From Candidatus Diapherotrites archaeon CG08_land_8_20_14_0_20_30_16 (GTDB lineage Archaea > Iainarchaeota > Iainarchaeia > Iainarchaeales > 0-14-0-20-30-16), in NCBI GenBank assembly GCA_002779075.1, contig PEXK01000044.1:1-14794 (forward strand): a stretch of DNA of 14,794 nt. The letters run 5' to 3'. The translations under genes and the position numbers were made by a program. A model generated the notes under the pieces. The model did no database searches and was not told where the DNA came from. It saw nothing but the letters and a program-made list of their open reading frames with translations. Below are positions 8,223 through 13,482 of this stretch, one piece after another; the stretch's first letter is position 1; every line of letters begins with the position of its first letter.

Positions 8223-10241
8223 ATGAGTGGTTTATCTTTTAAAGAAGAAATTTTACAAGGTATTCCTGAGGTTTTACCAGAATTAAAACCTTATGATCTC
8301 AAAATAAATCACGCTCCAAAAAGAAAAGATATTTTAACACATAAAGAAAAGGAATTAGCTTTACACAATGCCTTAAGATATTTTAAAGAGAAACATCATG
8401 CAATTCTTGCTCCTGAGTTTGCAAAAGAATTGGAAACATATGGTAGAATTTATATGTATAGATTCAAACCAGAATATGAAATTTATGCTCGACCAATTAA
8501 TGATTATCCTCACAAATCAATACAAGCAGCAGCAATTATGCACATGTATTTTAATAATTTAGATCCAAAAGTTGCTCAACATCCAGATGAATTAATTATA
8601 TATGGTGGAAATGGTGCAGCATTTCAGAATTGGGCTCAATTTAGATTAACAATGCAGTATTTAGCAACAATGACTGATGAACAAACTTTAGTTATGAATT
8701 CAGGTTTGCCTTTAGGATTATTTCCATCACATAAAGATGCACCAAGAGTTGTTATATCAAATGGAATGGTTATTCCAAATCATTCAAGTTTAGATGATTA
8801 TGAGAGAATGAATGTACTAGGGGTTTCACAATATGGACAAATGACTGCTGGTTCTGCAATGTATATTGGCCCACAAGGAATTGTTCATGGAACAACAATA
8901 ACTTTATTGAATGCAAGTAGAAAAATTGATAAAGATGCAAATGATTTAAAAGGAAAAGTATTTGTAAGTTCTGGTTTAGGTGGTATGTCTGGTGCTCAAG
9001 CAAAAGCAAGTGTAATTGCAGGTGGCATTGGTGTTATTGCAGAAATAAACCCAAAAGCAATTGAAAAAAGACATGAACAGAAATGGTTGGATGAAATTCA
9101 TTCCGATTTAACTAAATTATTGGAAAGAATAAATTTAGCAAAAGAAAAAAAAGAATCTGTATCTTTAGGATATCTAGGAAATATTGTTGATCTGTGGGAA
9201 TTTTTAGCAAAAGAGAATATTAATATTGATATAGGTTCGGATCAAACATCATTGCATAATCCTTTTGCTGGTGGTTATTATCCTGTAGGATTATCTTTTG
9301 AAGATTCTAAAAAAATGATGACTGAAAACCCAGAAAAATTTAAAGAGCTAGTACAAAAATCTTTAATTAGACAAGTTATTGCAATTAATAAATTAACATC
9401 AAGAGGAATGTATTTCTTTGATTATGGTAATGCATTTTTATTGCAAACAAGTAAAGCTGGTGCAGATATAATGAATGATGATAAAACTAAATTTAGGTAT
9501 CCATCATATGTTGAAGATATTATGGGACCGATATGTTTTGATTATGGTTTTGGTCCATTTAGATGGGTTTGTACATCAGCAGACAAAAAGGATTTAGAAG
9601 TAACTGATAAATTAGCTGCTGATGTTTTAGAAGAGCAAGCAAAAAATGCATCAAAAGAAATTAAACAACAAATATTAGATAATTTAAAATGGATAATTGA
9701 AGCACAAAAAAATAATTTAGTTGTTGGTTCACAAGCAAGAATACTATATTCTAATTGTGAAGGTCGAACTAAAATTGCAAAAGCATTTAATGATGCAGTA
9801 AACTCGAGAAAGATTTCTGGTCCAGTTGTTATTGGAAGAGATCATCATGATGTTTCTGGAACTGATTCCCCATATAGAGAAACATCAAATATCTATGATG
9901 GTTCGAGTTTTACTGCAGATATGGCAATACAAAATGTAATTGGTGATTCTTTTAGAGGTGCAACTTGGGTCAGTATTCACAATGGTGGCGGAGTTGGCTG
10001 GGGTGAAGTTATAAATGGCGGATTTGGAATGGTTTTAGATGGTTCTCAAGATTCAGATAGGAGATTAAATAGTATGATTCACTTTGATGTTAATAATGGT
10101 TTGGCAAGAAGAAGTTGGGCCGGTAATTCAGGTGCTCAATATTCAATAAAGAATGCAATGCAAAATGAGCCAAAGTTAAAGATTACTGTTCCATATAATG
10201 CACATAAAGAGCTAATTAAAAAGGCTTTGACTAAAAACTAA
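8223..10241 (+). CDS. hutU: Urocanate hydratase (urocanase), long ~670-aa form
   Basis: Diagnostic urocanase blocks: IYGGNGAAFQNW, GQMTAGS.MYIGPQGIVHGT, GLGGMSGAQ (NAD site), DQTSLHNP, GRDHHDVSGTDSPYRETSN and HNGGGVGWG. GAGGTG (8211-8216) precedes the ATG at 8223, so I prefer that to the TTG at 8202. Confidence 0.9.
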   Translation: MSGLSFKEEILQGIPEVLPELKPYDLKINHAPKRKDILTHKEKELALHNALRYFKEKHHAILAPEFAKELETYGRIYMYRFKPEYEIYARPINDYPHKSIQAAAIMHMYFNNLDPKVAQHPDELIIYGGNGAAFQNWAQFRLTMQYLATMTDEQTLVMNSGLPLGLFPSHKDAPRVVISNGMVIPNHSSLDDYERMNVLGVSQYGQMTAGSAMYIGPQGIVHGTTITLLNASRKIDKDANDLKGKVFVSSGLGGMSGAQAKASVIAGGIGVIAEINPKAIEKRHEQKWLDEIHSDLTKLLERINLAKEKKESVSLGYLGNIVDLWEFLAKENINIDIGSDQTSLHNPFAGGYYPVGLSFEDSKKMMTENPEKFKELVQKSLIRQVIAINKLTSRGMYFFDYGNAFLLQTSKAGADIMNDDKTKFRYPSYVEDIMGPICFDYGFGPFRWVCTSADKKDLEVTDKLAADVLEEQAKNASKEIKQQILDNLKWIIEAQKNNLVVGSQARILYSNCEGRTKIAKAFNDAVNSRKISGPVVIGRDHHDVSGTDSPYRETSNIYDGSSFTADMAIQNVIGDSFRGATWVSIHNGGGVGWGEVINGGFGMVLDGSQDSDRRLNSMIHFDVNNGLARRSWAGNSGAQYSIKNAMQNEPKLKITVPYNAHKELIKKALTKN

Positions 10242-10254
10242 ATATATTAGAGAT

Positions 10255-10494
10255 TTAGAGTTCTTCTAATTCTTTTTTTATTGTTTGTTTGTCAATACCT
10301 GTTTGATCTAAAAGAATATTAATTATGTTATTTAGTGTTCCTTGTGCGATTGGGTTGTGATTAGGTACAATTATAGTTTTGTTAATAGTTTCATTTTTTA
10401 ATTTAATGTGACTTCCAATTTGACTAATGATAAAATAGTTCTTTGTTTTAAGGTATTTAATTATATCTTGTGCAGACAAAATTAATTTAGGCAT
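10255..10494 (-). CDS. hicA: HicA-family toxin (mRNA interferase)
   Basis: 79 aa. GSHIKLKN...IVPNHNPIAQGTLNNIIN..GI matches the HicA/YcfA pattern (GSH...P.H....GTL..I). It overlaps the hicB stop by 8 nt. Confidence 0.8.
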   Translation of the reverse strand: MPKLILSAQDIIKYLKTKNYFIISQIGSHIKLKNETINKTIIVPNHNPIAQGTLNNIINILLDQTGIDKQTIKKELEEL

Positions 10495-10693
10495 AAATAG
10501 TCTCTGTTGTAGGCATATCTAATAATAATTCTATTTTTGGATCATTGTTATCAAAATGGAGTCTTACTGCATCTAATATATTTTTGAATAGTTCGTCCAA
10601 TGTATTGCCCTGTGTTGTAATTCCGGCTTCTAATGCAACAGCAACCCAAACACCATCTTCATCTTTTTCTATTTTAAAAACTAAACGATCCAT
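10487..10693 (-). CDS. hicB: HicB-like antitoxin, short form (UPF0150 N-terminal domain only)
   Basis: MDRLVFKIEKDEDGVWVAVALEAGITTQGNTLDELFKNILDAVRLHF is a typical HicB N-domain. The track ORF 10487..10840 extends upstream into the tRNA-Lys flank and repeat, so I truncate it to the internal ATG at 10693. Confidence 0.75.
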   Translation of the reverse strand: MDRLVFKIEKDEDGVWVAVALEAGITTQGNTLDELFKNILDAVRLHFDNNDPKIELLLDMPTTETIYA

Positions 10694-10743
10694 AAAACCA
10701 CAATATATGTTATTGTAAGGAACTATAAAAATCTGTTGTTTGT

Positions 10744-10759
10744 ATGACCCGGACGGGAT
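10744..10759 (-). repeat. Orphan copy of the tRNA-Lys 3' end (direct repeat of 10841-10856)
   Basis: ATGACCCGGACGGGAT occurs exactly at 10744-10759 and 10841-10856. The proximal copy is the last 15 nt of tRNA-Lys plus 1 flanking nt. Confidence 0.9.
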
Positions 10760-10840
10760 CCTCAAAACCCTTTTTAGAAAAGCGTTTATGGAAAACCCCA
10801 ATCCACATTTGTGTATTGAGTGGAATTTGCAATTCCACAA
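10760..10840 (-). mobile_element. 81-bp non-coding segment bracketed by the tRNA-Lys 3'-end repeats; possible integrative-element scar or miniature element
   Basis: Flanked by perfect 16-nt direct repeats. It contains the hairpin GTGGAATT-TGC-AATTCCAC (10820-10838), which ends 3 nt from the tRNA discriminator. No credible ORF. Confidence 0.35.
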
Positions 10841-10841
10841 A

Positions 10842-10915
10842 TGACCCGGACGGGATTCGAACCCGCGACACTTGGATTAAGAGTCCAATGCTCTACCAGA
10901 CTGAGCTACCAGGCC
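10842..10915 (-). tRNA. tRNA-Lys (anticodon CUU)
   Basis: Hand-folded cloverleaf on the - strand: GGCCTGG TA GCTC AGTCTGGTA GAGC A TTGGA CTCTTAA TCCAA GTGTC GCGGG TTCGAAT CCCGT CCGGGTC A. 74 nt, no encoded CCA, two G-U pairs in the acceptor stem. Confidence 0.9.
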
Positions 10916-10917
10916 CT

Positions 10918-10949
10918 ACACCCCTTTTTCTTTGGAAAGAAAAAGGTGT
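10918..10949. other. Long A/T-tract palindrome directly 5' of tRNA-Lys
   Basis: ACACC(CC)TTTTTCTTT GG AAAGAAAAAGGTGT gives a 14-bp stem with a 2-nt bulge. It starts 3 nt upstream of the tRNA-Lys 5' end. Confidence 0.6.
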
Positions 10950-11018
10950 AAAGTTTATCCCAAAAAGAAACTGTGGCATAGCCACTATTTTTCTTTCTTT
11001 TAACATACCGTGTGTTTG

Positions 11019-11046
11019 CTTTCTTTTTCTAAAAGAAAGAAAAAAC
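11019..11046 (-). terminator. T-run plus hairpin immediately 3' of tRNA-Ser
   Basis: On the - strand the tRNA-Ser end is followed by TCCAG TTTTTT CTTTCTTT TAGAA AAAGAAAG. This is an oligo-T (archaeal-type termination signal) plus an 8-bp hairpin. Confidence 0.45.
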
Positions 11047-11050
11047 TGGA

Positions 11051-11133
11051 CGCAGGAAGAGGGATTCGAACCCTCGCCTCCTTTCGGAGTTTAGATTAGC
11101 AGTCTAACGCGTTAACCACTCCGCCATCCCTGC
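11051..11133 (-). tRNA. tRNA-Ser (anticodon GCU), class II with long variable arm
   Basis: GCAGGGA TG GCG GAGTGGTTAA CGC G TTAGA CTGCTAA TCTAA ACTCCGAAAGGAGGC GAGGG TTCGAAT CCCTC TTCCTGC G. 83 nt, no CCA. Confidence 0.9.
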
Positions 11134-11137
11134 TTAG

Positions 11138-11153
11138 CCTTTTTCTAAAAAGG
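11138..11153. other. Perfect palindrome CCTTTTT-CT-AAAAAGG in the 23-nt Val-Ser spacer
   Basis: Read directly. It lies 5 nt upstream of the tRNA-Ser 5' end. It resembles the palindromes at 10918-10949, 11019-11039 and 10768-10783. Confidence 0.6.
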
Positions 11154-11156
11154 ATA

Positions 11157-11229
11157 TGACCCTGGCCGGAGTTGGACCGGCGATCTTCGCCACGTCAAGG
11201 CGACATCATAACCACTAGACCACAGGGTC
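11157..11229 (-). tRNA. tRNA-Val (anticodon GAC)
   Basis: GACCCTG TG GTCTAGTGGTTATGAT G TCGCC TTGACGT GGCGA AGATC GCCGG TCCAACT CCGGC CAGGGTC A. 73 nt. The T-loop reads TCCAACT, with C at the normally U55 position. Confidence 0.85.
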
Positions 11230-11287
11230 CATGTATTTTAAAAAAAGTTATTTTGTCAAAATACTTTGTTTTGATACAAAGCAAAAA

Positions 11288-11304
11288 CGTCCCGTGCAGG
11301 ATTC
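11288..11304 (-). repeat. Orphan copy of the tRNA-Asn 3' end (direct repeat of 11394-11410)
   Basis: CGTCCCGTGCAGGATTC occurs exactly at 11288-11304 and 11394-11410. The proximal copy is the last 17 nt of tRNA-Asn, from the T-loop GAAT through the discriminator. Confidence 0.9.
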
Positions 11305-11393
11305 TAAGAACCTTTTGCATGATGTTTAAAAGCAAAATGTTCATGAAAAAACAAAGCCGTACACGGCTTTAGTGGAATGCAAGATTCCACAAG
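11305..11393 (-). mobile_element. 89-bp non-coding segment bracketed by the tRNA-Asn 3'-end repeats; possible integrative-element scar or miniature element
   Basis: Flanked by perfect 17-nt direct repeats. It contains the hairpin GTGGAAT-GCAAG-ATTCCAC (11372-11390), which ends 3 nt from the tRNA discriminator, plus a second hairpin with a T-run. Confidence 0.35.
11346..11370 (-). terminator. Stem-loop plus T6, terminator-like, downstream of tRNA-Asn
   Basis: The - strand reads AAAGCCGT GT ACGGCTTT G TTTTTT, an 8-bp GC-containing stem followed by an oligo-T. Confidence 0.5.
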
Positions 11394-11465
11394 CGTCCCG
11401 TGCAGGATTCGAACCTGCGACCTCTCGATTAACAGTCGAACGCACCACCGCTGTGCTAACGGGAC
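11394..11465 (-). tRNA. tRNA-Asn (anticodon GUU)
   Basis: GTCCCGT TA GCAC AGCGGTG GTGC G TTCGA CTGTTAA TCGAG AGGTC GCAGG TTCGAAT CCTGC ACGGGAC G. 72 nt, no CCA. Confidence 0.9.
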
Positions 11466-11570
11466 AAATTTCTTTGCAAAAAAACTAACAAAAAGATTGA
11501 ATTTAGAAATAAATTCTTTTATATATAGGTTATATAATCAGAAGAGATAATATTTTAAATCTGAGTTATA

Positions 11571-11579
11571 TTTATAAAT
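11571..11579 (+). promoter_or_regulatory. TATA box (TTTATAAAT) for the SRP RNA gene
   Basis: It lies ~25-30 nt upstream of the first paired nucleotide of the RNA (11601). The same ATTTATAAAT sequence is found upstream of ftsZ. Confidence 0.55.
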
Positions 11580-11600
11580 GAATCTTAATACAAAATATAT

Positions 11601-11869
11601 GCAAGGAACTAGATCGGGGGGTTAGTGGTCCCCTACCCAGAGAATCCACTTTACTCTGGATCGAAAAGCATTGAGGCGGCCCAAAGGTAATTATTGCATC
11701 AAAAATTTTGCCTTGAGGATCAGACTGCAAATGCTTTCTATTTAGAAACCCGCTAGGACAGGAATGGAGCAACGGTAACTATTTAGAAGGTAGTTTGTGG
11801 CCACCTGGTCTGAGTAAAATTTTGATTAACAATAGTTGTCCTGTAAGTCCACTCAATGAAGTTCCTTGC
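11601..11869 (+). ncRNA. Signal recognition particle RNA (archaeal 7S/SRP RNA) candidate
   Basis: A terminal helix forms between GCAAGGAAC (11601-11609) and GTTCCTTGC (11861-11869). Two 5' hairpins have complementary loops (GTGG 11625-11628, CCAC 11646-11649), as in the Alu-domain loop-loop contact. A long imperfect helix 5 includes CATTGAG 11669-11675 paired with CTCAATG 11852-11858 and AUCAGAC paired with GUCUGA. AGGACA-GGAA-TGGAGCAAC (11755-11773) closely resembles the conserved helix-8 motif (E. coli 4.5S AGGUCC-GGAA-GGAAGCAGC). A T5 run follows at 11874-11878. Hand fold only. Confidence 0.7.
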
Positions 11870-12068
11870 GCTCTTTTTGATACTATTTTTATTAATATTT
11901 TTTATTGAAACTGATTTTTTATTTATTAAGTCAAATAGGGATGCAATTTTAACACATCTTAAAGATTTACCTCACATTAAACATAACACCCCTTTTTCAT
12001 CAAATCATAAAGCTACATAAAATACAAAAAATTACGACTTAAACATAATGATAAAAATATGCAAAAGA

Positions 12069-12078
12069 TTTATAAATA
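12069..12078 (+). promoter_or_regulatory. TATA box (TTTATAAATA) upstream of ftsZ
   Basis: It lies ~55-64 nt upstream of the ftsZ ATG, consistent with a ~30-nt leader carrying the GGGAGGGAG SD at 12120-12128. Confidence 0.5.
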
Positions 12079-12132
12079 CTGCGAAGATATTGTATATAAT
12101 TTTTCTTGTTATTTAAGTTGGGAGGGAGAAAT

Positions 12133-13194
12133 ATGAAGTCAATGATAAAAGACGCTACTGAAACCAAGACTAAAATGGTTGGTGACGAGGGCGTTTCAGA
12201 ATTTGGCACACCAAAAATTATGGTATTAGGTGTGGGTGGTGGAGGTTGTAACAGTATATCCAGAATTGCAGAAATGGGAGTATCTGGTGCTCAATTAGTT
12301 GCTGTTAACACAGATAAGCAACAGTTAGCTGTTTTAAGTGATGATATTGTAAAGATTTTGATTGGTAAAAGTGTAACTAGAGGATTAGGTGCTGGAGGTT
12401 ATCCAGAAGTTGGTGCAAAAGCTGCGGAAGTAAGTAAATCTGCTTTGGAAGAGGTTTTGCGCGGTGTTGATATGTTGTTCCTAACTTTAGGTTTAGGTGG
12501 TGGAACAGGAACAGGTGCTGGTCCAATTATTGCAGATATTGCTAAACAACAAGGTGCAATTGTAATTTCTATTGTAACTTATCCATTTAAAATGGAAAGA
12601 GCAAGAATAATTAAAGGTGAAGAAGGATTAGGAAAATTGAAGCAATACTCAGACACTGTTGTTGTTATTGATAACAATAGATTAGTTGAGTTAGTGCCTA
12701 ACTTGCCAATTCAGGATGCTTTCAGAGTTGCTGATGAAGTAATCTCAAGAACAGTTTCTGGAATAACTGAAACTATTACTCAGCCATCTTTGATTAACTT
12801 GGATTATGCTGATGTAAGAGCAATTATGACAAACAAGGGATTGTCTGTTATAGCTGTTGGTGAAGGTAAAGGTGTTGACAGAGTTAAAGAAGTTGTTGGT
12901 GACACTTTGAAGAACTCATTGTTAGATGTTGATATCTCTGGTGCAAATGGTGTATTGATCCACATTACTGGTGGCCAAGATTTGACTTTAGGTGAAGCAA
13001 ACTCAATTGGTGAGTTGTTGACTGAAAACTTAGATCCTAAAGCTGCAGTAATTTGGGGTGCAAGAGTTGACCCAACTTTCGAGAACAAGATTGAAGTTAT
13101 TGCTATTTTCACAGGTGTTCACAGTCCATTCATAAAAACAGATGATGACAGAAGACCAAGTAGCAAAGATGATCTAGACTTAGACTATCTTTAA
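12133..13194 (+). CDS. ftsZ: Cell division GTPase FtsZ (archaeal type)
   Basis: GVGGGGCN, the tubulin signature GLGGGTGTGAGP, NTD.Q.L, VIDNNRL and ADEVISR. A strong SD (GGGAGGGAG) precedes the ATG at 12133, so the TTG at 12106 is rejected. Confidence 0.95.
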   Translation: MKSMIKDATETKTKMVGDEGVSEFGTPKIMVLGVGGGGCNSISRIAEMGVSGAQLVAVNTDKQQLAVLSDDIVKILIGKSVTRGLGAGGYPEVGAKAAEVSKSALEEVLRGVDMLFLTLGLGGGTGTGAGPIIADIAKQQGAIVISIVTYPFKMERARIIKGEEGLGKLKQYSDTVVVIDNNRLVELVPNLPIQDAFRVADEVISRTVSGITETITQPSLINLDYADVRAIMTNKGLSVIAVGEGKGVDRVKEVVGDTLKNSLLDVDISGANGVLIHITGGQDLTLGEANSIGELLTENLDPKAAVIWGARVDPTFENKIEVIAIFTGVHSPFIKTDDDRRPSSKDDLDLDYL

Positions 13195-13206
13195 GTAAAT
13201 CAAGTG

Positions 13207-13250
13207 AAAGGGATTTTTCCCTTTTTTCTTTTCTTTTTTTATTTTTTTAA
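13207..13250. terminator. Hairpin plus extended T-tracts between convergent ftsZ and hicA-2
   Basis: AAAGGGA TTTT TCCCTTT (13207-13224) is followed by TTTCTTTTCTTTTTTTATTTTTTT. Confidence 0.55.
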
Positions 13251-13252
13251 AA

Positions 13253-13480
13253 TTATATTTTTTCTAAAAACTCATCTCTTGTAATTCCCAAGTCTTTTTT
13301 AATTATTTTGTTAAGTAGTCCAGAACCTATTTCTTCTCCAGAATGGCAAGGAATAGTGGTTATTCTTCCATTTGGGTGTTTGTATACAATGTGACTTCCA
13401 GTAGTATGACTATAAAAAAATCCGAATTTCTCAACTATCTTTGCAACTTCTTTTCCAGTTAGTCTTGGAAGGTGTGACAA
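13253..13480 (-). CDS. hicA: HicA-family toxin (second copy)
   Basis: 75 aa. LTGKEVAKIVEKFGF...TGSHIVYKHPNGRITTIPCHSGEEIGSGLLNKIIKKDLGI is the HicA pattern. Confidence 0.85.
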   Translation of the reverse strand: MSHLPRLTGKEVAKIVEKFGFFYSHTTGSHIVYKHPNGRITTIPCHSGEEIGSGLLNKIIKKDLGITRDEFLEKI

Positions 13481-13482
13481 AA

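Noticed and set aside
10694-10840. N-terminal 49-aa extension of the hicB-1 ORF (track ORF 10487..10840)
   Set aside because: The extension runs through the orphan tRNA-Lys fragment and the bracketed hairpin segment and has no HicB similarity. The HicB domain starts exactly at the internal ATG at 10693.
10744-10915. Non-canonical intron or split/permuted tRNA as an explanation for the duplicated tRNA 3' ends (also 11288-11465)
   Set aside because: Both tRNAs fold as complete, contiguous cloverleaves using the proximal copy. I could not draw a bulge-helix-bulge motif spanning the bracketed segment. Splicing to the distal copy would give the same product, so it cannot be formally excluded without RNA data.
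10744-11094. 116-aa + strand ORF
   Set aside because: It is antisense to tRNA-Lys and tRNA-Ser and spans their spacer. It is an artefact of the relatively GC-rich tRNA sequence lacking stops.
11157-11230. tRNA-His-like G(-1), because an extra G precedes the acceptor stem of the tRNA at 11157-11229
   Set aside because: The anticodon loop reads TTGACGT (GAC, Val), not GTG. The extra G at 11230 is simply flanking sequence.
11172-11372. 66-aa + strand ORF
   Set aside because: It starts inside tRNA-Val (antisense) and runs through the orphan tRNA-Asn fragment. No SD and no motif.
11572-11772. 66-aa - strand ORF
   Set aside because: It is entirely antisense to the structured SRP RNA candidate. 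The stop-free stretch is explained by the RNA's GC-richer helices.
11601-11869. RNase P RNA as an alternative identity for the structured RNA (GTAAGTCC at 11843-11850 vaguely resembles CR-I GAAAGUCC)
   Set aside because: The motif lies near the 3' end on the + strand, which is the wrong place for CR-I. I could not find CR-IV or CR-V like ACAGAA..GGCUUA blocks on either strand. The GGAA / GGAGCA helix-8 motif, the Alu-like loops and the long helix 5 fit SRP RNA much better.
12804-13112. 102-aa - strand ORF inside ftsZ
   Set aside because: It is antisense to a confidently identified, highly conserved gene. This is a typical shadow ORF.
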